DNA of 64,000 nucleotides from Octopus sinensis (GCF_006345805.1 NC_042998.1:134974001-135038000); one strand, 5' to 3'; numbered from the stretch's first letter, positions 24,481 through 39,077 are shown. The notes: a model not told the origin generated them from the sequence alone. Numbers and translations: made by a program.

Positions 24481-26798
24481 GACCATTTCCCAGATTACCA
24501 TGTAGTCTTGTCTCCTCTTCTAAAACTTTTGTCTTACTAGGTTTACTTTAAGATCTCTTGATTTTAGATTTTGTTTGCATATCAAGAATTTCTTCTCCAA
24601 TTCTTTGACAGTTCAGCTATAGGAATACAGAATTTCCCACAACCAGCCAGTCTTGAACAATTCTGTTAAAACATGGAATACTATAATAAACTCAAGAGGG
24701 CTGAAAACTAAATCTTGATAGATACATACATCTAGGCTAAATTTCTTACTGGTCCCAATGTCATGTTACTGACAGTATTTCTATCCATGGCTTGCATGTC
24801 TCTCATAAGCCTATTCGGTCACAATTATTAACCACAAAACTACAGTGTGCTGCTCTGTCAAAGATCTCTTCTCAATGCATGCTAGTTATTGTGGCTTATT
24901 GTTTGCTAAGAACTTTTCTTATAGTTGTCTGTCTTGGAAGATATGTGTACTACTCTTTCTTGGCCCAAACCTGAACTGCATCTCATCAAGGCTAATTTTC
25001 TTCCTAATTAGTTCTGCACTATGTCTTTCCGTTAGTTTCATGACTTGGTCCAGTTAGTTTGGTGCCTCTATAGTTTCTTTCTGGAGCATCTCTTTTACTT
25101 TTATAGCAGTTAATGGTGACACTATTATGCCAGTTATTGGGATTGACTCTTAGTAATACCTGGTTGACATTGTGAATGATCTATCACTGATGATCTGGCT
25201 TCTTCCCTTGCCTTCAAACCCTTAATAGCTATTTTAACTTATTAGCTATCAAGTGTGTTTGAACCACTCATCTAACTTAACACTTAACATTTCATCTAGC
25301 TTTGAGTAATAGCTACCTAGCATTTTCTGGAAAATTTATCTTTAGTAAGTTAGTCTCCTACCCAGAAGTTTTTTTAATCTTATTCACTTAATCATTTCAT
25401 AACCATATTTCCAGTTAAGTTTCAAATAGTTTTTCAAAATAATCAAGAATTCAGAAAGGTTTGGTAAATTAACTGTGATGTTTTTATTTGTTGGATAAAT
25501 TTGTTTTTCAGAAGGCATTTCAATTTGTTGATAAATATTTGCTTGCTGACATCTCACACCATTTGTTTAATGAGATTGTAATTGAAGATCCCATTTGAAT
25601 ATATGTTAATATAACTGATTTCAAATGAGTTGGTGACATGTAATTAGGGGTTTAGGGATTGTCCAAAGTGAGTTGGTTTACATAGGGCTAGGAGTTGCCT
25701 TAAGTGGCTTGATAAAATAGGACAAAGGGTGGGTTCAGATAAATGGGTAACATCTCAGGTAGGGTGGTAACATGGCTTTAAGGGTGGTCTCCAGTTTATT
25801 TTGAAATAGGATTAGTGGTGGTCTCATGATTAATGCTACAGAAATCAAAGTTGAGTGCTGGTCCTATAAATTCTTCTAATTTGTGAGATGTGTTTATTAG
25901 CTCTTTCAATATCAACCTATTTGGGGACTGCTCTGGTTCTGATATAAAACTCTCTTATTTTAAACAGTTTATCATCTTATGTAAAACCCTTTTCGCTAAG
26001 TTAAGTTCATAACACCAGCTTAATAATGAAAAATTCATTTCAGTAAACCTTTCCAAATTCTTGTTTATTTTCAATATTAATTGTCACACTTAGGCCTAGT
26101 ATTTTATAAGAAATATTTCTATGAAAGGTTTGGATATATTTAGGAATTTGTGGGTTCTTGCTGTTCAATTTCAGCAATTATTTTTCTCTAGTTGCAATGA
26201 ATATCAATAAAAATATGATATTTGTCTAACCTAATTGGTAAATTATTTGGTTTCTATTGTTTGCCAAATTTCTATTATGTAAGTAATCTTTTAATCATAA
26301 AGTCTACATATATGCATCCTATTCCTTACAAAAATAGGTCAAGTATTAAGATAAAAATGTTTATTATCAATGTTGTTGTTTGTGATAGATATTGTAGGGG
26401 TAAGTTTATGGCCAACAAAGTCGACTCTTGTTTGAACAATATTCTTTCATTAACATTTGTAATACTCTGAGGTGAAGTGTGAACTTCACTGTTTTCCAAT
26501 ATTTTTTCAACCCTTTAAACTCTCAAGTTTCTACATCTCAGCCAGGAACAACCTTTGTTGTTAGATGTTTTCAAACAAAAATGTATTGGGTTCGATTGAA
26601 TGACTTCTTCCTTGACTCCTGCCCCACATTATTATCAATACTATGGTGTAATTCAGAACAGTAGAATGACAGGAATAGTGGAACTCTTGTGATATTTAGG
26701 TTGCTTCAAATCTGTATTCAAATTCTTCTGGGTTGACATTGTCTTTCATCTCTCCTTATTAGCCCATATCTCTCTCTCTCTTTCTCCTTCTCTGTCTT

Positions 26799-26839
<41 letters not shown>

Positions 26840-28475
26840 TCATTCTTTAGAAAGAGTGGAAGGTCTAATACTGTCAATCTAATTGGGTTGGTAGGTCTAA
26901 CACTCTACCTGGTTAAATATCAACCACTATCACCACCACCACCTGGTCCTTGAGTTCTCTCTGTTATAAGCATTCAAACTTGGACTCTGGTTCTCTCCTC
27001 ACTCATATTTTTTTCCTGTAGATGCTCTCCTACACATGTTGATAATGGGTATTATCTTCATCAGTTTGTCCTGACAACTATAAATCATTAGCATTTTATA
27101 CCTACTTTTTCATGCTGGCACAGGTTAAATGGTTTTACAATCTGTCATAGTCTTTCATAATCTGGCATACATCAACAGAGAAAAACCAACCAACCAACCA
27201 ACTCAATTGTTGTATATGTCGTGATTTTAGCATGTTTTCACAGAGTGATGTCCTTCTTATACTCAACCACTTTATTGCATGGACTGGGTACATTTTATTG
27301 TACTACCAGCACTAGAGAAGTTGTCCTCAGTAAGACTAAAGAGTCTACCTACCTTATGTTGTCTCTATTTGTTCCATATCAAAAATAGAACCCAAACTTC
27401 ATTTTAATGAATAGGCTTCATAGACAGAAAATGCTTCATTCAGCTCTGAGCAGTTATGTTATAGTGCATTTGAACACTATACAACAGTCTCATTATTATA
27501 TTTTTTTTTTTACAAGGCACAAATGCACATCATAGTAGAGCACTGTTTGCTTTTTCTAAGATTGTGATAGTTTCAATAATGATTATTCCAGTGTCTAATT
27601 TATTGAACTGCATCATTTAAACAACCTTCTCCACATTGAGTGGTCACAGCTCTAATACATTGACATGTGATCATCAGAATATTGCAGGAAAGAATTGCAA
27701 GATGTATTCAAGACAAGCCAAATAGCAGGACACTAAGAGGTAGATCATGAATGGAATTGTTGAATAATATCTATAGTTGCAGTTGGTTATGCTTGGAAAT
27801 TCAGCTGGAAAGTGTAATGACAGTTGCTTGTAATAGGACCCTATGGAGGAGGTGTCTGTGAAGGCTCTACCACCACAACTTCACCAAGAATAGTGGTCAC
27901 AGAAGATGTCATTTCCAGATCATCTTATTCTACTGATAATTATGATCAAAGTTTCTCATTGTAAGTGCATTGCGTGGTTAAGATGTTTCTTTCCAAGCCC
28001 TGTGGTTTCAGATTCAGCCTCTGTGCAAGGCACCTTGGCAAGTGTTTTCTGCTCCAGCCTCAAATCAACCAAAGCTTTGTGAGTGGATTTGGTGGAGGGA
28101 AGCTGAAAGAAGCTTGCTGTGTGTGTGTTTCTTGTATTGAAAATGTGATAGTTGTAAATGAACATCACCTTCATACAAGTGGTGTGTTTTGAATATTTTA
28201 TGGAAACATGTCTAGAGAATATTACCTTATTTGGAAACAATTGAGGGTTGGTGAGAGGGAGGGCTTCCAGTCACAGAAAATGTGTCCCAGTGAATTTTGT
28301 CTGACCCATCCAAGCATGGAAAAATGGATATTAAAACAATGATGGAAAATAATGACAGTGGACACATTCAGAATTTGAACTTGAAACTCTAGAGGTTCTC
28401 TGATAAGAATTACTCTTCCATCTATTTTCTCTTTGTAACATATGAAAATAATAATGCTTTACTTTATCATTTCAG

Positions 28476-28612
28476 AATACATTCCGTACAGGTATCTACC
28501 CTGTCACACCTATGGGACTTGGGTTTATTGTTACACTAATAGCTTCTATGAAAGCGAAGAACTTTGCTCCAAGAATCACATATTTAGATAATATAGTAGA
28601 CACCATGCCAAA
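28476..28612 (+). CDS. CPT1: CPT1 coding exon 2 (TM1 region)
   Basis: catttcag| NTFRTGIYPVTPMGLGFIVTLIASMKAKNFAPRITYLDNIVDTMP(K) |gtaagt; phase 0 to 2. Confidence 0.93.
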
Positions 28613-29049
28613 GTAAGTAATTTTGTTTTATCTTTTCCTCTTTGTTGTCTTTGAAATTAATCCTGAATTTCATCTCCTTAAATTACTGATTTGTTAATTA
28701 TGAATGCATCATAAATATACAGGTGTGTGTCAATTTGTGTTATTGTTGTCTGGCCCAAGTCAGTCTTGATTATACATCTGGATGCTCTTGCTGTCACCAA
28801 CCCTCGCCTATTTCCAAGCACAATAATATTTTTGTAGTTTGAATATGAAAGACACTGGTTGTATGATGGTTAAGATTAGGAAACACACACATGATGGGAC
28901 TCTTTCAGTTTCTAATCTATCAAACCCATTTACAAACTTTGTCAATCTGGAGCTCTGGTAAAAGACACTTGCTCTAGTGGACTAAACCTGAAACCACATG
29001 GTTTGAAAGCATGCTTAACCACACAGCCATGCCTATACCTGGAGAGAGA

Positions 29050-30125
29050 AACCATTTGTTGCCAGCAAAGGTGATAGCTCGCTGAAATTTCTTCACTCTG
29101 TTATTACTCTGGTTACTATGCTTTTTAGTACACCCATCTCCACTGCTAATTATCTTGGCTATAAACTATTCCTCTTGAGCATTTGAGGCATTTTTTCTCA
29201 TGTATTCTTATTTGTAAATACTCTTGTGCATTTGTGACATGAACTGACTACACCTTGTGCATCCATACTTTACACTGGATACACCATATAGAATTTCTAC
29301 TTATTCCTTACCTGCATATCTAGCACAACCATCTCCCTGATGATTGCAGGATTCTGTCATGTTTCCTACTTACTAAAGCTTGAGAACTCTCAGTTCTAGG
29401 TTTTACTTCCAGGTTTCAAATTTCTTTTCCATATCCTCTACAGATTTGGCTATATGATGAAGATCATCAGCATTCAAGATTTTTTTCAGGTAGCTGGTCT
29501 TAAACTCCTCTGATATGGCCTGAATGACTGTAACAAATAGACAGGAACTGAGGACTGAACATCGATAGGACCCATACCTGCACACTATAGTTATTGCAAG
29601 GCTCATTTCTAACTCTTACCTCTTATTGCACCTCTGTACCTGGCTTGAATGGCCCTCACAAAACCTTTGCCTACTCTTAGTTTCTTTATTAACCACCTGG
29701 TTACAGAACGTCAAAGACTTTCTAGATACAAGGGCTTACTCCAAACTAAGTACTTCTCTCCCAGTTGTCTTGGAAAATGGCATCAGTAGTAACTTTCCTG
29801 ACAAAAAAAAACCGAACTTCATTTCATCTAAGTTAATTCACTTCTTAATCAGTTACTTAAACACCTCTATAATAGTCTGGAGGTCTATAATAAACAGCTG
29901 GTGACTGAAGACTGAATCCCAATGGATCTCTGCCTGCTTGCTAAATTTATTGCCAAACTCACTGCTAATTCTCACTTTGTTTACTGCACCCCTTTGCTTA
30001 ACTTGTATGTTCCCCACAAGCTATTTATCTACTCATGGTTTCTTTAGTTGTTATGGAAACTCTTTCCATAACTGTCTTAACTTTGTCCAACGGTTTGGTA
30101 TCTCTGATGACTTTAAAGGTTTTTA
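29050..30125 (-). mobile_element. Decayed RTE-clade LINE RT fragment
   Basis: SVLSSCLFVTVIQAISEEFKT...LNADDL...EDMEKKFETWK (ORF 29403..29606) aligns by eye with the RT at 52216..52818. Confidence 0.75.
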
Positions 30126-30154
30126 ATTGGCTATTTTAATTGACTACACTCTGA

Positions 30155-30525
30155 GTGGTTGGCATTAGGAAGGGCATCCAGCTGTAGAAACTCTGCCAGA
30201 TCAGATTGGAGCCTGGTGTAGCCATCTGGCTCACCAGTCCTCAGTCAAACCGTCCAACCCATGCCAGCTTGGAAGGTGGACGTTAAACGATGATGATGAT
30301 GATGTTCATGACTAGAATGAATGAAATACACATATGCAGTAACTGAGTGTCTGTATTGATGAAGTACACTTGGTTACTATATCCTCATCATCATTGATGT
30401 CTGCTTTTCGTGCTGGCATAGGTTGGACAGTTTGACTGAGGTCTGGCAAACCAGGAGGCTGCACCAGGCTCCATTCTGATTTGGCAAGGTTTCTACAGCT
30501 GGATGACCTTCCTGATGCCAACCAC
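30155..30525. repeat. Tail-to-tail inverted pair of RTE 3'-tail repeats (family C)
   Basis: 30155-30304 (+, ends in (GAT)n) and 30386-30525 (-). Further copies at about 18920-19050, 39955-40195, 51597-51850 and 56250-56400 (-), and 22320-22430, 46050-46370, 47740-47920 and 48177-48330 (+). Confidence 0.85.
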
Positions 30526-31230
30526 CCCGATTGGAGGAAATTTCTCAGGTATTTGTTCATGGAAGTAGTGCAAGGCTGGTTGAGGTGTCATGGTTGTCAG
30601 TTGATAATGCTTGTAGGCAGAAAGTTAAGAATTGAAGGGTGGCATCATCTGCATAGAAAAATGTGAGCAATAACAATAAGAAACAAACCATTGATATACA
30701 GAAGGAAGTCTGTAGGAATCCTACCTTTTTATTATAACCTGCTGATGTAAAAAATAGAGGTAGGGAAAAAATTCCGAAGGGTTGTAGTTCTATGTTGGGA
30801 GACTTGAGTAAAGTGTTTAGCAAAGAGTTTGAAAAATGAGACCAGGCAAGGGTAATGTTTGGAGAAGTGGTTCCATTAGGTGTATTTGAGCAGAGGTGTA
30901 TACAGTTTACTAGTTGAGAGATGTTGCATTAGTAATAGAAAATAAAAATAATCACATCTAGTTTTTTTTTTCAAAGTAATCAATTTGACTTCTTGGATTT
31001 AGTGTTTGCAGATATCAATAAGATGTGACAGTCTGCATGTATATATATGTTTGGTAGGTGTGTAACATGTGGGTAAGGTGTTTCAATACTCACCTAGCAC
31101 TTGCTATTTAGATTTCAATATCTCAGTCTGCCAGGTTGTTCTAGAGTCTAATTAGGAAATATTTTGTCACAAATATTTTTATAATTGTTAATATTGTAAT
31201 GGTGTGTTGATGTTTTTTTTATATTTTTAG

Positions 31231-31402
31231 GGTGGACATATACGACAACACGGTTAATATATTTGGCAATGTGTTTTACGGTGTTGTTGTCTGTGGAGCT
31301 TTTACTTTTACCATCCGCATGATGCTGAGGGTTTTGTTCACATATCAAAGGTGGATTTATGAAGTCAGGGGTCCAGTGTCTTTAAGAACCAAAATTTGGC
31401 TG
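31231..31402 (+). CDS. CPT1: CPT1 coding exon 3 (TM2 region)
   Basis: tttttag| (K)VDIYDNTVNIFGNVFYGVVVCGAFTFTIRMMLRVLFTYQRWIYEVRGPVSLRTKIWL |gtaagt; phase 2 to 0. Confidence 0.94.
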
Positions 31403-31999
31403 GTAAGTATATATTTTCATATATATTTGTCTATCTTCCGTTTCTGTTAGGTACCGCAGAGTGGAAGGTAAATTTGCAAACATGACTGTATGTTTATTGC
31501 AATTTCATGGTTCCAGTTTCAATCTCAATGTGTGGCACCTTCGGGAAGTGTTTCCCATGATAGCCTCAGGTTGACCAATACCTTGCAAAAAGAAATTGGT
31601 AGACAGAAACTGTGTGGAAGCATGTCATATATGTGCATGTAAATCACCAATATATAATTGGTAAACATTGTCAACGTTGATTAGTAAACTGAAGAAGTGA
31701 TCATCTTCAAATCAAGTCCTCTACAGTATTTAATTTATTCTACACCAAGTTACAGATAGTCTTTTGTCACTGTTACCATTAGAAATGTAGTGATGCATTG
31801 GGTATTGTGTGTCTAGAACTAAATTATCCAATGTATTCCTTTTCAAAATAGGTATAATTGAGGGACGTTTGACTGCTATTTCAGCAGGTCAGGTAAAAAT
31901 GTAGAGCAAGGGTAGTCAAACCCATTACCTGCAGGTTAAATTTCCTCCACTTTCAAATTTGACCCACCCACTAATGAAGTCTCTAAAATCTCATATATA

Positions 32000-32340
32000 C
32001 GATGGGGTACCCAAAAGAGACCGGAATTTTGCAATATTATTTTATTCACTTGGTTTTACATGTTTACACGTTTATCTCCTTCAAAGTATTCTCCATTTGA
32101 ATGCATTGCAATGCATTTGTCCAGATGCATTTGAAGCAGTCCTGGAACTCTTGCGAAGTGATGCCTTTTAACACCTCCGTCATTTATTTTTCTTCACCTC
32201 TTCCACATCTGCAAAATGTTTTTCTTTAAGGACTTTTTCATTCAGGGGAACAAAAAGAAATTGTATGAAGCAAGAAAGGGTGATTAGGGAAGGAGGGTAA
32301 GTGCGGGGGGGATCGTGCCATTTTTGGTCAAAGACTGCCT
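32000..32340 (-). mobile_element. Mariner remnant (transposase C-terminus plus terminus)
   Basis: TA|CGATGGGGTACCCAAAAG terminus; the minus strand encodes a C-terminal NGEYFEGDK typical of mariner transposases. Confidence 0.65.
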
Positions 32341-34216
32341 CACACTCCTTTGCCACAGTTCAGGGCATTTTTGGGTATCACAAAAATCAGTGAACAGAGG
32401 AGAAGCCCTGTCAAACGAATGCACACTATGTGGAATTATGATTTCACTCAATGCTGCCAGCTGGCAGACTGATGTCTGAGGGTCACATTAAGTGGCTTCT
32501 TGCAGCAGAAGCCTGAACTACTACAGGCTTGTTTCCAGTTACTTCTGCGTACCCCCTCATATATGAAAAAAAAAATGAATATAAGCAACAGAAGCTGTAT
32601 TAATACCAAATGGCAATCTTTAACTCCTACTTAAAGATGGCCTAGCTCTCTATCACTTATGACGAGTGTCCCAGCTGATTTGATCAACTAAACAGCCTGC
32701 TTTTGCAATTAACATGCAAGTGGCTGAGCACTCTACAGGCATGCATATTCTTAATGTAGTTCTCAGGGAAATTCAGTGTGACTCAGTGTGAATTACAGGT
32801 ATGACTCATATTTGCCAGCTGAGTGGACTGTGATTTCATCAAAAGAATCAGTGTTTTTTTAAACATTTTTGCTTTTTTGCTGAGCAAGAATGCATCAGTG
32901 AAAGAGGCACAAAATCACACACACATATAATGGGCTTCCACATAGTTTCTATCTTCCAAATTCTACTCACAAGATATTGATCAGCCTAAGACTATGGCTG
33001 ATGACGCTCATTTGAATGTCTTACCAGGAGATAAAACCTGGAGCCATGTGCTTGTAAAGTGAACTTCTTAGCCTCACAGCCATGCCTATCTCACAAGCTA
33101 CTAAAAGTTAAGATGTTCATTTTTTTTTAAATTTACAAAGGAAAAAATCATTGTTGTTTTTGTCTTTTTCTTTATCAAACTTTTTCTACAGTAGGTCTAC
33201 TTGTTTCAATATTAAGAATGCAGAGCAGCTGTATTGAGTAAATGTTACTTGTCAAATGAAATTAGTTGCACACAAACTCATACATACACATAAATGCAAT
33301 AGAAATACTTTCACACACTTTCTTATATTCTTTTGCTGGTTTCAGTTATTAGACTGTGACTATGTTGAAGAACTGCTGTTGAAGGTTTTTAATTGGTTGT
33401 ATCATCCCAGAATTTAATCTAGTACCCAATTACAGTCCCTTGGGGACTGTAACTTCCACTAGGAATTAACACTGACTTACATCAGTATGCACACACAAAA
33501 ACATAAAAGCACTCACTTGCACATGCAAAACCTTCACATGTTTTCCATATACTAAATTCTACTTGCAAAAAATTGGTCAATCTAAGGTTATGGGCATAAG
33601 ACACCTGCCAAAGTTGGCATCCATTATGATCAAAGCATGTATTTGCAAAGCAAACTTCTTAGCTATTCATTCATATCTGTATCCTTAATTAAATAATTCC
33701 TTCTGTATGTTGTTTGCTATAACAGAAGCAGTGCCGTAGCCAGTGATAAAAATAAATTCTGAAGTATGGTTATTACTTGTTGAAAACTATAATAGTTAGA
33801 AAGGTGCAAAATATATTTTAATACTAATTATATACTGATTGTTTTCATACTGTTAATATTGGGTTGAAGGCACATGGCCCAGTTATTAGGGTGTTGCACT
33901 CACAATTGCAAAATCATGGTTTCAATTCCTGGATCAAGTAGTGCATTGTGTTCTTGTGCAAAACACTTCATTTCAAGCTGCTCAACTCCAATTGGCTGTA
34001 AATAAGTAACACTGTAATGAGCTGGCATCCTATTGAGAGGAAATGTTGTGATCTCAATCATTGTACACCATGGAACAAGGTGACTGGCCCTATGGATCCT
34101 AAGACACAACGTAGTTTTTATTATATAATATTGGATCATGTGATATTTTGATTTTAATGATACATATTGTTTGAAGGAAACTTTTATGATTTGTCCTTAT
34201 TTACTTTCTATTTCAG

Positions 34217-34324
34217 ATGTTTGTGAAAGCTTTTAGGTTTATAGGTCAAGAGCCTTTATTGACAAGTTTTCAAGGTGCTTTGCCTAAATTACCAGTTCCA
34301 TCTATTGAAGATACTATGACACGT
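34217..34324 (+). CDS. CPT1: CPT1 coding exon 4
   Basis: tatttcag| MFVKAFRFIGQEPLLTSFQGALPKLPVPSIEDTMTR |gtaagt; contains the acyltransferase LPxLPVP motif. Confidence 0.96.
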
Positions 34325-34647
34325 GTAAGTATATCTTCCAAGTAACACATCTACACTTATCACACTGCCCTGTCAATAGTCTTTTTTTATTGTTGTTGTT
34401 GTTTCAGTGATAACCTATTAAGAGAGTAATGATCATCCTCATCATAATTTTGTGTTCACTTTTCCAAGCTTGCATTGGTCAGGTGGAATTTGTGGAAGCA
34501 GATTTTCTACAGCCAAATGATCTTCCTGTCACCAACCTTTGGTTTTAGTCCTACTGTGTGTCACCTTGGACAAGTGTCTTCTACTGTAGCTCTTGGCCAA
34601 CCAAAGCCTTGTAAGCAGGTTTAGTTGACAGAAGCTGAAAATTCTGT

Positions 34648-34680
<33 letters not shown>

Positions 34681-35619
34681 TTGTCTTGACATTGTGTGAT
34701 AATTTTGTCACTGTCATGCAAGTAGTGTTAATTGTTTCCAGTATTCTATGAAAGTATACCCAGTCAAGGAGAAATATTACCTTGCTTGGAAACAAGAAGG
34801 GCATCCATCCATAGAAAAAATGCCTCATCCATATTGTTTCTAGCTCCTGCACTAAACACTCCACAGTTCTCCTTTCCATGACACCAACGATCAGCTTGCA
34901 GTTGTTCAAGAACATTAATTGCATTGGTCTCAGTGGGTCTGTGAAGGACATGACCACAGCCCTTTTCCCTCAGACTAATCCAGCAAAAAAATAAAATGCT
35001 CCATTTAACTATGGTGTTTACTCATAAATTTATGTACATGTGCCAATGAAAGAAATTATTATTATTTGTACTAATTAAAAGTAATCCCAACTCATGTCTA
35101 TTTATCCTAGATATAGTTGTGTGGTTCATTTTACAACTGCATATTTTCAAGTTCAATCTCACTGCATGGAACCTTGGTCTTCTACCATATATTTGAGTCA
35201 GCCAAAGCTTTGTGAGTGAAATTTGGTGGATAAAAACCTTGTGGAAATCCATTTAAAAGAACAGTTTCTATTTCTTGGATGATAGGCTTAATCCTCTAAA
35301 AACGTTAGCTTTATTACTGGTCAAAAGATTCCGTTGTCATTATTGTCGTTATGAGGCTGCAAGCTGGCAGAATCATCAGCATAGTGGCATTTCTTCCAGT
35401 TTTGTGTTCTGAGTTTAAATGCAGCCAAGATCAACTTTGCCTGTCATCTTTTCAATGTCGATAAAATAAGTACCAGTTGATCACTGGGATTGATAATTAA
35501 CTTACCCCACTCCCTTCAAAATTGTTGGCTTTGTACCACAATTAGAAAAAGTTACAGAAGTTAGTTTCAGTATTGTAATATACTATAAATCTAATAATAA
35601 GTTTGGTATTCTTTGACAG

Positions 35620-35757
35620 TATCTTCGTTCTGTAAAACCATTATTGGACGAGGAGAACTATGACCGAATGGAAAAACTGGCACTTGACTTCAAAAATGGT
35701 GTAGCAAAGAAATTACAGCGTTACCTGATCCTCAAGTCATGGTGGGCTTCAAATTAT
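35620..35757 (+). CDS. CPT1: CPT1 coding exon 5
   Basis: ctttgacag| [46 protein letters not shown] |gtatgt. Confidence 0.97.
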
Positions 35758-37458
35758 GTATGTATTTTGTTTTATTCTGTTTTATTTTTAACATTGAGAT
35801 GGTAGTTTACCTGGAAAGAAAGAATGCAATTATTACTATATTGAAATTATTGCATGCAAGATTTCAGATCTCTAGCATCACTTTCATAGTCTATGAACTT
35901 TTTAGCTCACCCTTGTAATCCAGTACTGAAACAAAGCAATTTCAAATTCAGTTAAATTCAGTTAAATCATTCTCAAGTAACTCACCTTTATTACTTTTGC
36001 CTTAGCGAAGATGGAGGTATTGTTTTCAGTTGTGTTTGTTTGTTTGACCATGGATAAGATATCTCAAGAACTGCTGGATGGATTCATATGAAACTTTCAG
36101 GGATGTTTGGCTTTGTGGCTGGCACAAACTGATTAGATTTTGGGATTGATCCAGTACTGGACAAGGGTTCTAGATTATTTTTCCACTTTTTTTACTTAGT
36201 TTTTGAGAGTGATTGGGTTCATTTTTAGTATTCTCATTTGTGAGAGCAGATGAGTTTATTTCAGATATTTTCATTTTAAAAAGCATCTCTGGCTGATTGT
36301 TGAGAGAACGTTGGTGTTCCATGGTGGAAGTTTGCACTCTCTGAGTGCTCTTGTTTGTATTATAATAGCACGTACAAACATCTTGGTCAGTTTTACACAA
36401 TATTTTAATAGGCCATTATTTGGCTTGTATGTATATATTTTGGCACAGAGCACACACATTATCAAATGGTCAAAATGTCTGCTTCACAATTGTAAGATCC
36501 CAGGTTCAGATCCACTGCATGGTTCCTCAGAAAATATATTCTACCATAAGCTTGTGTTGACTAAGGCTTTGTGAGTGGAACTGAATAGGCAGAAACCATC
36601 TGAAACCTATCAGGCAAGTTGCAGCCATAATTCAAAGGAATATGTGGATCTAATCTTAATTGCTAATTGGAAATTATGATACATCCTCCAGAGGTAGAGG
36701 TAATTTTAATAAATCAAGAATTTATGTTTTATGGTATTTAATAAACCTGTATTTGTCTATGTTGTTCAAATACATGCCAATGGCCACTTTGAATTATTGC
36801 TCTTAGCCCGTTTTTGTTTAGATTATATAATTACTAGCACTATGACCTGGCAACGCCAGGTCATAATGCTAGTGCATGCATATACAGCTGCGTGCGTGTG
36901 CACATACATGCGAGTACTGTCCAAATCTCCGATCAATCACATACAGCTAGCTGGCATTCAATTGGTGTATCAAGTTTCAGGCATTTTGATTGGGTTTTGG
37001 ATAGAAAATTCACAAAAAAGTCACTTCTATTGATTTTTTAATGGCTTTGCTGGATGACTGGGAAAATGTAAAGATGTTCATGACCACCCTTGGACGGTTT
37101 TGAATGACCATAGAAAGTGCGAGCCCTCTAACTGAAAATTGTGGATTTGTATAAAGGACACACACGCAGACATTTTGCCTTTTATATATAGAGAGACTAG
37201 CTCTAACTTATCACTGAAGACTTATCTTTGGCTTTCTTTTGCCACAATCCTAGCAGTAATGTCCATTACTTCCAATTCAGGTCTTACTTTAATTGTAATT
37301 AGGCTTCTGAGTGAAAAAAACTGACAGCTTTTCCTTTTTTTTTTTTCACTGCCAAATTATACAGAAAACATTGTGAGTTGTGCCAGTTCTTTTGCTTGAC
37401 CAGATGAAGCAAATATAAAAATAAATGATTTTTCAAATATAATCTTCTCTTCTTGCAG

Positions 37459-37536
37459 GTTTCTGATTGGTGGGAAGAATATGTCTATCTTCGGGGACGT
37501 TCTCCAATTATGGTCAACAGTAATTTCTATGGAGTT
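37459..37536 (+). CDS. CPT1: CPT1 coding exon 6
   Basis: tcttgcag| [26 protein letters not shown] |gtaagt. Confidence 0.98.
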
Positions 37537-38186
37537 GTAAGTAAATTTTTATTTTTGGTGCTAGTGGAGGCTAAAATACCTTGGGTGCTTTCAACAGAGT
37601 CCACTCAGTTGCAGGCATTCAGGACAGGTTGCCAATTTGAGGATGCCTTCCTCCCGACTAAAAGATTTAAAATAAACACTCAGACAATTTTGTAAAGTAA
37701 AACTAAACTAATTGAATCTGCCTCTGTATTATTTCTTCTCATCAAGCTTGTGAGGGAGTGTCTATATGGTCACTTGACATGTTAGAAACTGCAACGAAAT
37801 TTCCTTTAAATTTGTTTATTGAATAATACTGGATTGAATGAGTCTGAAAAAAATGGCTGTTTCTTGTTTGATGCTTTTGATTATAGGCCTTCTTCATCAA
37901 AACTGAACTGGGGTTAAATAACAATTGGAACTTATTTTAAATTACCCAATGAGACAAAAGGCAAAGTTGAATCTGGTAATGAATTCAGATCTTAGAACAA
38001 CAAGACTACTATAGCACATCATGACTAATGAAATAATTGTTTTCTCAAACGTAGGATAATGCTAATAATATAGCATGAACAGGATAAACTATCCATATTT
38101 TGCAGGGGAATACAATTATTTCCTTATCTGTATCTTTCAATACATCTCAACGCTTCTAAAGCAAACTTTGTTGACTTTCAATGTAA

Positions 38187-38247
38187 GTTGAATTACATTG
38201 ACTAATGTTGAATTACATGACTAATGTTGAATTACATGACTAATGTT
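38187..38247. repeat. Minisatellite, 3 x 19-20 bp
   Basis: GTTGAATTACAT(T)GACTAAT repeated three times. Confidence 0.95.
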
Positions 38248-39077
38248 CTAAGAATTCATCTCACCATATATTCTGATCTTATCAACAACTACATTACCCA
38301 ATGTCACCTTTCTACTTATAATATAGTAGGATGTGATTTGGGAGAGATTTAGCTGTTGTTTCTGTTTAGGGTGTCTCTCATTGGCTTAATTGTCCTTTAT
38401 TTTGTATCATAAAGTGGTGTGGTATACCGGAATTTATTCCAGTTTTCAAAGCATTAAGCAAAGAATGCCAGTGCATCACAGTAATTTTTAAGTAAAGGTT
38501 TGACCTTATTCCTGCAACCTAACAAGACACAGTTCTACAGCTTACAATAATAAGCTAATCCTCCTTTTGTTACTTCTATTGGTAAACAGACTAAACCCTT
38601 TAAAAACCAATTGGCTCAGTTAAATAGAGCATTGTGGTAAAAATACACTTCAAGTTCAATACAAATTTTTTGCAGTAAACTGTTTATTGGCTCATTGGAC
38701 ACTTCATTCAGCTCATATATCTAATGAAGATATTGTTTATGAAGTATGTAATATTCTAACTTATTTTGGCACCAAACCAACAGTTTTGAGGAGAGGAGGC
38801 AAGTCAGTTATATCAATCCCAGTACATGATTCATACTTATTTTATTAACCCTTGAAAAAATGAAAGGCAAAGTTAGCCTTAGTGGAATTTGAACTCAGAA
38901 ATGCTGCTAAGCATTTTGTTCAGTGCAATAATGATTCTGTCAACTTGTTGCCTTATGAATGCATAAATATAAAAAGAAAGAAAAAAAAACAGGTACAAAA
39001 TTTACTATTAGCTATTAGATGTAATTTTTGCAACCTTTTAATATTAAAGTTAATCAAATGAAATTTTTTCATTGTAG

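Noticed and set aside
25450-26100. Possible Penelope/GIY-YIG relic
   Set aside because: I could not recover diagnostic motifs in any frame; it needs a profile search.
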